Positions 38,180-49,167 of a DNA stretch of 64,000 bases are shown piece by piece; the stretch's first letter is position 1; each line of letters begins with the position of its first letter. Both the position numbers and the translations under genes were made by a program. Source of the DNA: Campylobacterales bacterium (GTDB lineage Bacteria; Campylobacterota; Campylobacteria; Campylobacterales; JALSKU01); contig JALUBK010000040.1 in NCBI GenBank assembly GCA_027044945.1, forward strand, positions 886 through 64,885, read 5' to 3'. The notes under the pieces were generated by a model. The model made no database searches. It worked only from the letters and a program-made list of their open reading frames with translations, and had not been told where the DNA came from.

Positions 38180-40982
38180 TTTTTAGTTCCTTTTGTAAAA
38201 ATTTTCCTGTATAGCTTTTCGTTTTTTTATAATTTTTTGCAATTTCATCAACAGTTCCAGTGGCAATAACTTCTCCGCCTTTATCTCCGCCTTCATATCC
38301 CATATCAATAATATAATCACAATTTTTAATTATATCTAAATTATGCTCAATAACAATAACACTATTACCAGAATCTACTAAATGATGTAAAACTTTATTC
38401 AATTTGTCAATATCAAAAAAATGAAGTCCGGTTGTCGGTTCATCAAGAATATATAAAGTATTTCCTGTTTCTCTTTTACTTAATTCTTTTGCAAGTTTTA
38501 TCCTTTGGGCTTCACCACCGCTGAGAGTTATAGCATTTTGACCAAGAAGTATATATCCCAATCCAACATTTTGTAAAGTTTTTAATTTTTGATAAATTTT
38601 TGGAATTGTTTTAAAAAAATCCGATGCTTCATCTACACTCATATTTAAAACATCGCTGATATTTTTTCCTCTATATTTTATTTCCAATGTTTGAGCATTA
38701 TATCTTTGCCCTTTACAAGTATCACACTTCACCATTATATCAGGCAAAAAATGCATTTCTATTTTTATTTCTCCTTCACCTTTGCATTTTTCACATCTTC
38801 CTCCTTTAACATTAAAAGAAAATCTTCCAACTTTATATCCTCTTATTTTTGCTTCTCTTGTCTGAGAAAAAAGTATTCTTATTTCATCCATAATCCCCGT
38901 ATAAGTAGCTGGGTTGCTTCTTGGTGTCCTTCCTATTGGACTTTGATCAAGATATATTACTTTATCAAGCTGGTCAAGTCCATCGCAAATTACTCCTGCA
39001 ACTTTTTTTACTCTTTTTGCACGATTTAAATACTCTTTGGCTATTGGTAAAAGAGTTTGAAGTATCAATGAACTTTTACCGCTTCCACTAACTCCTGTAA
39101 CACATACAAGATTTTTAAGTGGAATTTTAACTGATAAATCTTTAATATTATTGATAGATATATTTTGAAGTTCTATAAACTTTTCTTGTTTTCTGTGTTT
39201 TTTATAATCAATCTTTTTTTTACCGGTCAAATAATCAGCGGTTAAAGTTTTACTTTTTAAAAGTTCATCATATTTACCACTAAAAACAACTTTTCCCCCT
39301 TTTAGTCCAGCCCCAGGACCAATATCAATAATATAATCAGCAGCCTTAATAGTTTCTTTATCGTGTTCAACTACTATAACTAAATTACCTTTTTTTTGTA
39401 AATTTCTTAGAGTTTTTATCAATTTTAAAGTATCTCTTTCATGAAGACCAATACTAGGTTCATCTAATACATACATAACACCACTCAAACCACTTCCTAT
39501 TTGAGAAGCTATTCTGATTCTTTGTGCCTCACCACCACTAATAGTTCTAGCATCTCTACCTAAAGTAATATAATTTAACCCAACATCTATCAAAAAAAAC
39601 AATCTTTCTTTTATCTCTTTTATAATTGGAGCACTTATTTTTTTTTGCAAATTATTAAGATATAAAAAATTCTTTTTATTGGAAAAAAAATGATAAGCAT
39701 CTTCTATTGGCATATCTAATATATCAGCTATATTATGACCTGCAACTCGAACAGCCAAAGCTTCTTTGTTGAGCCTATAGCCGTTGCAATTGCTACAAAC
39801 TTTTTCACTCATATATTCATTTATATCTTTTTCATCTTTTAGCATATTGTATGCGAGTTTAATAACTCCTTCCCATTTTCTTTTTAACTTATGCCTTTTC
39901 CAAGTAAATTCAGCTAACTCTACCCCTCCGTGTAAAATAGCTTTTTTTTGATATTCTTCAAGATCAGAAAAAGGCTTTTTGATATCAATTTTTGCAGCTT
40001 CACAATATGCTCTTAAAAATTTAAAATAATATCCTTTGTTAAAACCATAAAAAATTTTAACAGCACCCTCTTCTATTGATAAATCTTTATTTATTATTTT
40101 ACTTAAATCTATACTATATTTTATACCAAGTCCATCACAAATCCTACAAGCACCTTTTGGTGAATTAAAAGAAAAGCTAAGAGGCTCTAACGGTTCGTAG
40201 CTTATCTTGCAATCAAAACAGGCATTATGCTCACTATAATGAATAAAAGATTTTTCCATCCCAATTTCATCGCCATTTAATATGTTTACTTCTATTTCTC
40301 CATAACTTTCTTTTAAGGCTTTTTCAATATCTTCTGCAATTCTAGATCTATTTTCTTCTTTTATAATCACTCTATCAATAACAACTTTTATTGTATGTTT
40401 TTTGTTTTTTCCAAGATCTATCTCTTCATCAAGCCTTACCATGACTCCATCAATCATAGCTCTAATATAACCACTATGCCTAAGAGATTCTATGAGATCT
40501 GCAAAAACACCTTTTTTTTCTTTAATTAAAGGAGCCAATATGACAATTTTAGCATTTTCAGGCAATTTTAAAACTTCTTCTATTATATCACTTGCAGACA
40601 TTTTAGATATTTTTTTACCACAATTATAACAATATTGTTCTCCTATTCTAGCAAAAAGCAATCTTAAATAATCATAAATTTCTGTAATTGTCCCTACTGT
40701 TGATCTTGGATTTTTACTTGTTGTTTTTTGATCAATAGCAATAGCTGGAATCAACCCTTCAATTTTTTCTACATTTGGCTTTGCTATCTTATCTAAAAAT
40801 TGTCTTGCATAAGAAGACAAAGATTCGATATATCTTCTTTGCCCTTCTGAATATAAAGTATCAAAAGCTAAAGTGCTTTTTCCACTACCACTTATGCCAG
40901 TAATAACAACTAAAGCATTTTTAGGAATATGTAATTCTTTTATTTTTAAATTATTTTCTTTTACATTGTAAATTTTTATCAT
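38160..40982 (-). CDS. uvrA: excinuclease ABC subunit A
   Basis: 940 aa. Two ABC ATPase modules (GISGSGKST, GVSGSGKSS), LSGGEAQR signatures and zinc-finger CxxC pairs. Confidence 0.98.
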   Translation of the reverse strand: MIKIYNVKENNLKIKELHIPKNALVVITGISGSGKSTLAFDTLYSEGQRRYIESLSSYARQFLDKIAKPNVEKIEGLIPAIAIDQKTTSKNPRSTVGTITEIYDYLRLLFARIGEQYCYNCGKKISKMSASDIIEEVLKLPENAKIVILAPLIKEKKGVFADLIESLRHSGYIRAMIDGVMVRLDEEIDLGKNKKHTIKVVIDRVIIKEENRSRIAEDIEKALKESYGEIEVNILNGDEIGMEKSFIHYSEHNACFDCKISYEPLEPLSFSFNSPKGACRICDGLGIKYSIDLSKIINKDLSIEEGAVKIFYGFNKGYYFKFLRAYCEAAKIDIKKPFSDLEEYQKKAILHGGVELAEFTWKRHKLKRKWEGVIKLAYNMLKDEKDINEYMSEKVCSNCNGYRLNKEALAVRVAGHNIADILDMPIEDAYHFFSNKKNFLYLNNLQKKISAPIIKEIKERLFFLIDVGLNYITLGRDARTISGGEAQRIRIASQIGSGLSGVMYVLDEPSIGLHERDTLKLIKTLRNLQKKGNLVIVVEHDKETIKAADYIIDIGPGAGLKGGKVVFSGKYDELLKSKTLTADYLTGKKKIDYKKHRKQEKFIELQNISINNIKDLSVKIPLKNLVCVTGVSGSGKSSLILQTLLPIAKEYLNRAKRVKKVAGVICDGLDQLDKVIYLDQSPIGRTPRSNPATYTGIMDEIRILFSQTREAKIRGYKVGRFSFNVKGGRCEKCKGEGEIKIEMHFLPDIMVKCDTCKGQRYNAQTLEIKYRGKNISDVLNMSVDEASDFFKTIPKIYQKLKTLQNVGLGYILLGQNAITLSGGEAQRIKLAKELSKRETGNTLYILDEPTTGLHFFDIDKLNKVLHHLVDSGNSVIVIEHNLDIIKNCDYIIDMGYEGGDKGGEVIATGTVDEIAKNYKKTKSYTGKFLQKELKNDKRFD

Positions 40983-41033
40983 CTATACCCTCTTTATAAA
41001 GAATATATTATCAAAAAATATCTATAATCGTCC

Positions 41034-41771
41034 TTAGTTTAAGAGTAATTTTTTAAGTATAAGAAGCATAATAATTACATAAAAGATTAAAAGCAATTTT
41101 TTATGCTTACTTATTTCTGTCTTATGGGCCAAATAAACACCCACATATACACCAATTAGAGAAAAAATACCTATAATTAAACCCTTTTGATAATCAATAT
41201 GTCCAAAATAAGACAAACTGATAAAACCAGATATAGAAGAAAATATTACAAAAAACAAAGCCGAAGAAAGTGCTTTTCTAAGTGGAAAATGCAAAAAACC
41301 AACAAGTATTGGAGTAATAAGCAAAGCTCCTCCAATTCCAACACTAATAGACATGCTTCCAACAATATAACCTATGAAAAAAAGCAAAATGTTATTATCA
41401 ATTTCTTTTTTATCAGAAACTTGGGGAGATTTAAAAAATCGATAAATAGCAAGAATAACAAAACACAAAAAAACAACAGTTAAAAATCTTGATGATAAAT
41501 GAGTTACTATAAAACCACTATTTAAAGCACCAAAAAATCCTCCTATGCCAACAGATAAAGAGTTTTGAATATGCAATGAACCTTTTCTATAATTCAAATA
41601 TGATCCAAAAAGAGAACTAAATACCATTTGCATAACTGAAATTCCAATAGCAACTTTTATATCATATCCTACAAATATTAAAGCAGGAACCAACATAGTT
41701 CCTCCTCCAATAGCAAAAAATCCTGACAAAAAACCGACAATAATGCCTAAAATTGCTAACGATAAAAACAT
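41034..41771 (-). CDS. TauE/SafE-family anion exporter
   Basis: 245 aa with about 8 TM segments and the internal duplication with GGG-containing helices typical of TauE/SafE. Confidence 0.8.
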   Translation of the reverse strand: MFLSLAILGIIVGFLSGFFAIGGGTMLVPALIFVGYDIKVAIGISVMQMVFSSLFGSYLNYRKGSLHIQNSLSVGIGGFFGALNSGFIVTHLSSRFLTVVFLCFVILAIYRFFKSPQVSDKKEIDNNILLFFIGYIVGSMSISVGIGGALLITPILVGFLHFPLRKALSSALFFVIFSSISGFISLSYFGHIDYQKGLIIGIFSLIGVYVGVYLAHKTEISKHKKLLLIFYVIIMLLILKKLLLN

Positions 41772-41877
41772 AATACTCCAATAATAAAATATTTCTTATC
41801 ATACTATCTTTTCTTTAAACAATTATTTAATTTTTATAGTGTATACTATAGTTATCATAAATATAAGGATAGAATTA

Positions 41878-42306
41878 ATGATTGAATTTTTAGATAAAGC
41901 TAGTGAAAAATTTTTTAATAATATTTTAAATCTAAAAATACAAAATTGTAAAACAAAAAATTATTCAGAAGCATTATGTTCAAAAATTAGCATATACAAA
42001 AACAACAATAAATATGATATTGTTTTTTTATTTAAAAAAACTACAATAAATCTTATATCCAAACATCTTCTTTTTGAAAAAAAACCTGATAATGAAACTA
42101 TATATGACTTATTAAAAGAGATAGCAAATCTTATAGCAGGAAATGCCAAAATACTTATGGAAGAAAATGATAATAAATCTATTTATACACTATCGACACC
42201 AGAATATATGGGTATTATTCGAAATGTAAAAGAATTAAATTTATCCAATATCTTAATAAAAAAAGTGCATAATAAGTGTTTCACAATAGGTATTGAGGAA
42301 ATATAA
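41878..42306 (+). CDS. hypothetical protein, possibly CheX/CheC-like, upstream of fliN
   Basis: The ATG at 41878 has an AAGGA SD; the ORF track starts at 41839. LKEIANLIAGNAKILME resembles the CheC/CheX/FliY helix motif. The assignment is weak. Confidence 0.35.
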   Translation: MIEFLDKASEKFFNNILNLKIQNCKTKNYSEALCSKISIYKNNNKYDIVFLFKKTTINLISKHLLFEKKPDNETIYDLLKEIANLIAGNAKILMEENDNKSIYTLSTPEYMGIIRNVKELNLSNILIKKVHNKCFTIGIEEI

Positions 42307-42609
42307 TTGGAAAATAAAAATAATTTAGATAATCTAAAAGAAGAATATGAAACAATTGACGATATTACGGTTAATCTTACAGCAGAACTCGGCTCTATAA
42401 CACTTTTTGTAAAAGAAATTCTAAAATTGTCAAAAGGTTCTGTTATAGACCTTGAAAAACCAGCTGGAGAAAGTGTAGAACTTTATATAAACAATAAAAT
42501 AATAGGCAAAGGTGAAATCATGGTATATGATAAAAACTTAGCCGTTAGAATAAATGAAATACTCGATTCTCAATCAGTAATACAATATTTTAGCAAGGAA
42601 TTAGAATGA
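42307..42609 (+). CDS. fliN: flagellar motor switch protein FliN
   Basis: 100 aa. SpoA/FliN domain (LTAELGSITLFVKEILKLSKGSVIDLEKPAGESVELYINNKIIGKGEIMV). TTG start. Confidence 0.9.
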   Translation: MENKNNLDNLKEEYETIDDITVNLTAELGSITLFVKEILKLSKGSVIDLEKPAGESVELYINNKIIGKGEIMVYDKNLAVRINEILDSQSVIQYFSKELE

Positions 42610-43439
42610 AATTTAAAAGTATTTTTCTATTTTTATTATTAAGTATAAGTTTATATGCTACCACTCTTTTAACTTATAATATTTACAATATAGACAACAG
42701 AGTGGATATAATGCTTTCTTTTGATACTCCTTATAATGGAAAAATTTATTTGAAAAAAAATAATAAAAATTTTACAATTACATTAAAAAATATATCTTTC
42801 AATCAAATTATTACAAAAAATATAAACTCTAAGATTATAGATAAAATAAAAATTATTCCTATGAAAAACAATATAAATATTATTTTAAACTCTAATTCAA
42901 ATATAAATATATCAGCTTCAAAAACAATAGATAGTTTTGGACTTAGAATTAGAGCAACTATGAAAAAAAATATCAATAAAAAAACTACTGCTACTCAACA
43001 AAATAATTGGAAACCAAATTTTAAAACAGATACAACAAATTATAGCATTAGCAGATATTATATTTTAATCATATTTTTAATTGTTTTTATATTAATTTTA
43101 CTATATATAAAGAAAAAATTTGTATCTACAACCAATAAATCAAATTGGCTTTTTAAACCTAATTTTTCTCTCAAAGAACAACAAATCAAAATAATACACA
43201 GAAAACAAATAGACAGACAAAATAGTGTTGTAATTTTAGAATATAAAGATAAAAGATATTTAGTTCTTACGGGCAATTCCAACCAACTTTTGGATAAATT
43301 TGATATAAACGGAAAAGCAGAAGATAAAGAAGAGGATTTTGAAAAAATTTTTACTGAAAACAGAAAAAAATTGGATGAATTTTTAAAAGTAGGCAATGAT
43401 AAATTATCTACTTACCGAGAAAAAGTTTCTCAAGATTGA
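42606..43439 (+). CDS. fliO: FliO-like flagellar export protein with an extended periplasmic N-domain
   Basis: 277 aa. Signal peptide, an AMIN-like beta-rich N-domain, a central TM segment, then IKIIHRKQIDRQNSVVILEYKDKRYLVLTGNSNQLL, which resembles the FliO core. It lies directly after fliN, and Helicobacter FliO also has a large N-terminal domain. Confidence 0.45.
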   Translation: MKFKSIFLFLLLSISLYATTLLTYNIYNIDNRVDIMLSFDTPYNGKIYLKKNNKNFTITLKNISFNQIITKNINSKIIDKIKIIPMKNNINIILNSNSNINISASKTIDSFGLRIRATMKKNINKKTTATQQNNWKPNFKTDTTNYSISRYYILIIFLIVFILILLYIKKKFVSTTNKSNWLFKPNFSLKEQQIKIIHRKQIDRQNSVVILEYKDKRYLVLTGNSNQLLDKFDINGKAEDKEEDFEKIFTENRKKLDEFLKVGNDKLSTYREKVSQD

Positions 43440-44368
43440 TTCCAAAAATTATTTATATATTCTTTTATTTTTAAAGGATCATTTATTCTATTGATTTGAT
43501 CTCTAAAAAGTGTTGCATTTGGAAAATTTTTTGAATACAAATGTAAATGTTTTCTAAATATAGGAATGGCTTTATCCCCATAAAATTCTAACATACTGTC
43601 AAAATGCTCCAAAATAATCTCTTTTATTTTGTCTTTATTAATTTCTGGTAAATCATTTTTTATTTGATAAAATATCCAAGGATTTCCCATGGCCCCTCTT
43701 CCTATCATAATACCATCAGCTTTTGTAATTTTTTTTACTTTTTTATATTGTTCATAATCAACAATATCCCCATTGGCAATAATAGGAATTTTTACAGATT
43801 CTTTTGCTTCCAAAATAGAAAAATAATCAATCTTGTCGTTTTTATATTTATCTTTTCTTAGTCTTCCATGAAATGTTAGAAAATCAACTTCACTATCTTC
43901 ACAAATCTTAGCAATATTTGTTACATTTTTTTCATTAAATCCAACTCTAGCCTTAACAGAAGTATATCTTTTATTTGAATATTTTTTTATTGTTTGTATT
44001 ATCTTTGACATTTTAGATAAATCATTAAGAAGAGCACTACCAGCACCTTGCTTAACAACTTTTGGAACAGGACATCCGCAATTCAAGTCGATTCCATCAA
44101 TTCCATCAATATCATTTAAAATCAATACTGCTTCTTTTATTATTTTAGGATCACTTCCCGCGATTTGCACTATATAGGGAGTTTCGTTTGAAGATTTTTG
44201 TATCATTTTAAATGTTTTAGTGCTATTATGCACAAGAGCATTAGAGCTTATCATTTCACTTATAGTTACATCTGCTCCAAACTTTTTTACAATTTGGCGA
44301 AAAGGCAGATCTGTCCAACCTGCCAATGGAGCCAAAAAAAGTAAATTTTTATTTTGAAAATCAATCAT
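43430..44368 (-). CDS. dusB: tRNA-dihydrouridine synthase
   Basis: 312 aa. LAPLAGWTDLPFR, DLNCGCP and the TIM-barrel Dus pattern. Confidence 0.9.
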   Translation of the reverse strand: MIDFQNKNLLFLAPLAGWTDLPFRQIVKKFGADVTISEMISSNALVHNSTKTFKMIQKSSNETPYIVQIAGSDPKIIKEAVLILNDIDGIDGIDLNCGCPVPKVVKQGAGSALLNDLSKMSKIIQTIKKYSNKRYTSVKARVGFNEKNVTNIAKICEDSEVDFLTFHGRLRKDKYKNDKIDYFSILEAKESVKIPIIANGDIVDYEQYKKVKKITKADGIMIGRGAMGNPWIFYQIKNDLPEINKDKIKEIILEHFDSMLEFYGDKAIPIFRKHLHLYSKNFPNATLFRDQINRINDPLKIKEYINNFWNQS

Positions 44369-45381
44369 ATATCAAAAAATAAATCTATATCAAAATTTTT
44401 ACCATTATCTCTTAAAAATAGAAAATATTTAAATTTTTCAAATTCATTCTTTCCGCTATTTTCCAATACTTCTCTCGCTTTATTTATCATTTGATATTCA
44501 AAAAGAGTATACAAATATGCTTGCATTGCTTTTTCTTTTTCAAGTGATAGTTTTTCAAAAAGAGACATAACAACTTCTGGAGGAAATGAATTTTTCATTT
44601 TTTTAGCGAGAAGTAAATATTCCATAGAAGAAAAATCATATTTTTTTAAATATTCAAATATTTCATTATTTTCAATTTTAAAATTATCTTCTTTGCTGAT
44701 AGTTCTATCTATCAGTTTTAAAAACAATTCTTTGCTGATATTAAAATTTTGTTTTTTGATATTGTTATAAGTAGCATATGTTGCATATATTTCAAAAGCT
44801 TTTTTGCATACTTCGTTTTCTTGTTTATTGTCACCACAATTATTTAATATTTCATCAGCATATTTTTTATCTTTAGATAGTTTATTTAATATATTTTTTC
44901 TTGCATAATAATTATTTTTAGAGAGTTTATATTTTTTAAGTTCTATACTCTCTCCATTTTCTATTTTTTTTAAATCTAATATTATATTTTTCAATTCTTC
45001 ATTATCCAAATCATCAAGATTTTTATTTGGATCAAATTCAAAATAATTTAATATTTTAGCTGGTAATTTAAACCATTTTGTTTTAAAATCATTATTAAAA
45101 TTTATTTTCAACATTTTGTTTTTTGCATATTGAATAAAATTTTTATAATCTTTTTGCAAATTTCTTTGAACCAAATAATCTTTAAAATTATAAAATATGA
45201 TATGTAAAATTGTTGCAATAATAATTAATAATGCAGGCAAAATAACCCATATAGCAATAGGCAAAGAAATATGCATACCAAAAAATGTCATTATATACAT
45301 ATTTCCATTCAAGCTATATGCATATAAACCTACAATAATAATAAAAATCAAGGAAAAAATAATATATTTTTTTAATCCCAT
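44365..45381 (-). CDS. conserved membrane-anchored hypothetical protein
   Basis: 338 aa. Two N-terminal TM segments followed by a helical Lys/Glu-rich cytoplasmic region. It sits between the dksA-like gene and dus, as in Campylobacter. Confidence 0.55.
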   Translation of the reverse strand: MGLKKYIIFSLIFIIIVGLYAYSLNGNMYIMTFFGMHISLPIAIWVILPALLIIIATILHIIFYNFKDYLVQRNLQKDYKNFIQYAKNKMLKINFNNDFKTKWFKLPAKILNYFEFDPNKNLDDLDNEELKNIILDLKKIENGESIELKKYKLSKNNYYARKNILNKLSKDKKYADEILNNCGDNKQENEVCKKAFEIYATYATYNNIKKQNFNISKELFLKLIDRTISKEDNFKIENNEIFEYLKKYDFSSMEYLLLAKKMKNSFPPEVVMSLFEKLSLEKEKAMQAYLYTLFEYQMINKAREVLENSGKNEFEKFKYFLFLRDNGKNFDIDLFFDI

Positions 45382-45384
45382 AAC

Positions 45385-45741
45385 TTATCCTTTATTTTGT
45401 TTTTCTATTATTTCTCTACAAACTATACAATATTTTGCATAAGGCTTTACTTTAAGTCTTTGAAAAGAGATGCTTTCTTCACACATTTCGCAAATTCCGT
45501 ATCTGCCTGTTTTTATTTTTCTTTTAGCATATTCTATCTCTTCTAATTCTTTTGACTGTTGTTTATTGATCGCATGTTTTGTTATTTTATCAGAATCTAA
45601 AGATGCATGATCAGCATCATCACCTATTTGATTTTTTTGCAATTCTTGCATATCTTCTAAAACATCATTTATATTTTTTTGAATTTGTTCTTTTCTTGCA
45701 TCTAACAAATCTTTAAAAAATTTCAAATCATTCTCTGTCAC
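45385..45741 (-). CDS. dksA: DksA/TraR-family C4 zinc-finger protein
   Basis: 118 aa. A coiled-coil with an acidic tip and CEMCEESI...CIVCRE. Confidence 0.85.
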   Translation of the reverse strand: MTENDLKFFKDLLDARKEQIQKNINDVLEDMQELQKNQIGDDADHASLDSDKITKHAINKQQSKELEEIEYAKRKIKTGRYGICEMCEESISFQRLKVKPYAKYCIVCREIIEKQNKG

Positions 45742-45759
45742 TAATATCTCCTCTTTTTT

Positions 45760-46218
45760 TTATTTATGATATGGGTGTTTATTTACAATAGTTAATGCTC
45801 TATAAATCTGCTCAAACAAAACAAGCTTTGCAATTTTATGAGACATTGTTATTTTGCTCAAAGATATAACTCTATCAGCTTTTTTTAAAAAATTCTCCTC
45901 AAATCCATAAGCCCCAGCTATATAAAAATTGACATTAAATTCTTTATTAAAAATTTTACTAAATTCCATACTATCTAAAAACTCTCCTCTTTCATGTAAA
46001 AATATATTATAATTTCCTAAGTTTTTATCTATAGCATCACTGTAACTTTTTTTTGCACTTTCGGCATTAATTTTTTGTGATTGTGCAATTTTTTTATTAA
46101 ATAAATCAATACTCTCTATTCTTGCATATTTGCTTAACATTTTTTCAAAATCAGATAAAATTAAATCATACTCATCTTTTTTATGTTTTTCTATAGAAAA
46201 AATTTTTATTTTATGCAA
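45760..46218 (-). CDS. rlmH: 23S rRNA (pseudouridine1915-N3)-methyltransferase
   Basis: 152 aa. SPOUT fold and a C-terminal LSKITMSHKIAKLVLFEQIYRA motif. Confidence 0.88.
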   Translation of the reverse strand: MHKIKIFSIEKHKKDEYDLILSDFEKMLSKYARIESIDLFNKKIAQSQKINAESAKKSYSDAIDKNLGNYNIFLHERGEFLDSMEFSKIFNKEFNVNFYIAGAYGFEENFLKKADRVISLSKITMSHKIAKLVLFEQIYRALTIVNKHPYHK

Positions 46219-47069
46219 TTTACCTCTTTATCTTCAATAAAAAATCGCAAAAAATCACTTATAGCTTTTTTCATATCTTTTCTTAAAACTATCATATCAA
46301 TCAAACCATGTTCTAGTAAAAATTCTGATCTTTGAAAACCTACTGGCAAATCTGCTCCTATGGTTTGCTTAATCACTCTTTGACCTGCAAAACCTATTAA
46401 AGCCTCCGGTTCAGCCATAATAATATCTCCAAGCCATGCAAAAGAAGCACTAACTCCACCCATAGTAGGATCTGTTAAAACTGAAATATAAGGTAATTTT
46501 GCATCATCAAGTTTAGCTAAAGCTGCTGCAGTTTTTGACATTTGCAAAAGGGAAAAAGTGCTTTCTTGCATCCTTGCTCCTCCACTGGCACTTATTATCA
46601 CTAAACCACATCTTTTTTTTATTGCTCTTTCTATTGCTCTAACTATTTTTTCACCTTCAACAGACCCCAAACTTCCACCCATAAAAGCAAAATCAAATAC
46701 TACAAGTTGAACTAATTGATTGTTTATTTTGCATTCTCCGCTAATTACAGAAGATTTTCTTCCTGTTTTTTCAAAATTTTCTATAACTCTTTTTTTATAA
46801 GATTTTTTATCAACAAAATTTAATGGATCATTTGGCTCTAAATTTGCATCAAACTCTACAAAAGTTCCTTTGTCTGCCAAAATTTCTATTCTTTTATTTG
46901 CATTAATTCTCATATGAAAATTACATTTTGGGCAAACATTTAAAAGATTTTCCACTTCTTTATAATACATCAAAGAGTTACAAGAAGAGCATTTTATCCA
47001 ATGACTGGGTGCTTCCTCTTTTGAAGGCTGCTGTCTTCGTATCTTACTGAAAATATTACCAAAATTCAT
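46206..47069 (-). CDS. accD: acetyl-CoA carboxylase carboxyltransferase beta subunit
   Basis: 287 aa. N-terminal zinc ribbon (CSSCNS...CPKCNFH) and a crotonase-like carboxyltransferase domain (MGGSLGSVEGEK). Confidence 0.96.
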   Translation of the reverse strand: MNFGNIFSKIRRQQPSKEEAPSHWIKCSSCNSLMYYKEVENLLNVCPKCNFHMRINANKRIEILADKGTFVEFDANLEPNDPLNFVDKKSYKKRVIENFEKTGRKSSVISGECKINNQLVQLVVFDFAFMGGSLGSVEGEKIVRAIERAIKKRCGLVIISASGGARMQESTFSLLQMSKTAAALAKLDDAKLPYISVLTDPTMGGVSASFAWLGDIIMAEPEALIGFAGQRVIKQTIGADLPVGFQRSEFLLEHGLIDMIVLRKDMKKAISDFLRFFIEDKEVNCIK

Positions 47070-47782
47070 GATATTTCCTTTAATTCATTCATTACTTTTA
47101 GATATATATCTTGATCTTTCGAGACCAATAAAATATTTTCTTCGTTATATACATAAAGATCATTGCACATAAACAAACCAGCACTAATGTCATATTCTCT
47201 TTTTTTACCTTCAAATAAAACAAATAAAACATCATGAGCATATGCCAACGAAAGAGCAAAAGCACCTGGACTTCTATATTTTAAGCCTAATTCATTTATT
47301 TTATAAATTATATCTTTAGATGTATAAACCCGTTCATAAATGCCAATTCTAGCATAATTATTTTTTATAACATTTGAAAAAATTAACTTATTTAATTTTG
47401 CTTTTTTGAAAAAACTATCTTTTTTTATAAAAACATCTAAATTAGCAAAATTAACTATTACTGCCTCTATAACTTTATTATCTCTTTTTCTAGATACAGA
47501 AGTTCCAAAATATGGCAAATTTGATAAAAAATTTTCACTTCCATCAATTGGGTCAATAATAATTTCATCGCTTCCATCACCATAAATACCACATTCTTCA
47601 GAAGAAATTTTTCCAAAATGACTTAAATATTTTATAAAAATTTTTTCAGCTTCAATATCAATAACTCTACTTATATCTCCACCTGCACCAATACTTACCT
47701 CTTTTTTTAAATCACATTTTGCATGATTTATTAAAGAAAATATCTCTTTATTGGCTTCTATAACGGAATTGATAAAATCCAT
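47066..47782 (-). CDS. inositol monophosphatase family protein (SuhB/CysQ-like)
   Basis: 238 aa with the DPIDGSENF metal-binding motif. Confidence 0.8.
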   Translation of the reverse strand: MDFINSVIEANKEIFSLINHAKCDLKKEVSIGAGGDISRVIDIEAEKIFIKYLSHFGKISSEECGIYGDGSDEIIIDPIDGSENFLSNLPYFGTSVSRKRDNKVIEAVIVNFANLDVFIKKDSFFKKAKLNKLIFSNVIKNNYARIGIYERVYTSKDIIYKINELGLKYRSPGAFALSLAYAHDVLFVLFEGKKREYDISAGLFMCNDLYVYNEENILLVSKDQDIYLKVMNELKEIS

Positions 47783-47783
47783 T

Positions 47784-49166
47784 CTATTTAAGTGTTTCTA
47801 TAATATTATGTGCAGCTTGTTTTCCATCGTATGCTGCTCTAACAACCAAATTTGCACCTCTATAGCAATCTCCTCCGCTATAAATCCCTTTTTTACTTGT
47901 TTCATAATTTTCATCAACAACAATACCTCCCCATTTATTTACCTCTATACCATTTTCAGCTAAAAAAGAGGGAGTCTCTGGTTCAAATCCTAATGAAAAA
48001 ATAATTATATCCGCATCAATTCTAAAATTACTTCCTTTTATAATTTCAACTTTCTGCCTTCCAGAACTATCTTTTTCACTCAAAATTGTTTTATTCATTT
48101 CTATAGCTATAACTTTTTCATCGCTATTCACAAGAACTTCTTTTGGGGATACATTAAAAATAAATTCTCCTCCCTCATCATAAACATTTTTTATCTCTTT
48201 TTTGCTTCCTGGCATATTAGCTCTATCTCTTCTATAAAGACATTTTACACTTTTAGCACCCTCTCTTATAGAAGTTCGAACACAATCCATTGCGGTATCT
48301 CCACCGCCAATAACAACTACATTTTTATTTTTAACATCATATTTGTCATCATAAGGCTCGTTAAAAAGCTTTTTTTGAATATTGACCAAAAAATCAATAG
48401 CTCGAAAAGTTCCTTTTGCATATTCGTTAGCTATTTTTGCACTTCTAGATTTTTGTGCTCCAATTCCAATAAAAATACCATTGCAATTTTTTACTATTTC
48501 TGAAAAAGTAATATCTTTTCCAACTTCACAATTTGTTCTTAAATTAAGCCCAGCTTCTTTCAACCATTCATATCTTCTTTCAACAATTTTTTTATCAAGT
48601 TTAAAGTTTGGAATACCGTAAGTTAAAAGCCCTCCTGGACGAGAGCTTTTTTCATACATATCTACTCCAATACCTGCTCTTAACAAATAAGTAGCAGCAG
48701 ACATTCCAGCTGGTCCAGAACCAATAATTGCTATTTTTTTATCACTTGTTTTTTTAGAAAAATATGGTTTTAATCCATGTTTGAAACCATTTTCTGATAT
48801 ATAAGTTTCAATAGCTCCTATGGTTATAGCACCAAATCCATCTTGATTTAATGTGCAAGCTCCTTCACACAATCTATCTTGAGGACAAATTCTACCTGTA
48901 ATTTCAGGAAAAGGATTTGTTTCATTTGATAAATTAAAAGCTAACTGTTTATTCGAATTTGCTATTGCTTTTAACCAAAATGGTATATAATTATGAAGAG
49001 GACATTTATTATGACAAAAAGGATCACCACATTGAATACATCTTTCAGCTTGAAAAGATGCATCTGTAGTTTTAAAAAGTTCATATATCTCTTTAAAATC
49101 TTTTATTCTTTCATTTTGATCTCTTTTTTCAGGTTCTATTCTTTCAAGTTCTGTAAAATTTTGCAT
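47784..49166 (-). CDS. gltD: glutamate synthase small (NADPH) subunit
   Basis: Fe-S Cys clusters (CIQCGDPFCHNKCP), and the dinucleotide folds IAIIGSGPAGMS and VVVIGGGDTAMD. I prefer the ATG at 49166 (GAGGGAG SD, 1 nt after the gltB stop) over the track start at 49181. Confidence 0.95.
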   Translation of the reverse strand: MQNFTELERIEPEKRDQNERIKDFKEIYELFKTTDASFQAERCIQCGDPFCHNKCPLHNYIPFWLKAIANSNKQLAFNLSNETNPFPEITGRICPQDRLCEGACTLNQDGFGAITIGAIETYISENGFKHGLKPYFSKKTSDKKIAIIGSGPAGMSAATYLLRAGIGVDMYEKSSRPGGLLTYGIPNFKLDKKIVERRYEWLKEAGLNLRTNCEVGKDITFSEIVKNCNGIFIGIGAQKSRSAKIANEYAKGTFRAIDFLVNIQKKLFNEPYDDKYDVKNKNVVVIGGGDTAMDCVRTSIREGAKSVKCLYRRDRANMPGSKKEIKNVYDEGGEFIFNVSPKEVLVNSDEKVIAIEMNKTILSEKDSSGRQKVEIIKGSNFRIDADIIIFSLGFEPETPSFLAENGIEVNKWGGIVVDENYETSKKGIYSGGDCYRGANLVVRAAYDGKQAAHNIIETLK

Positions 49167-49167
49167 T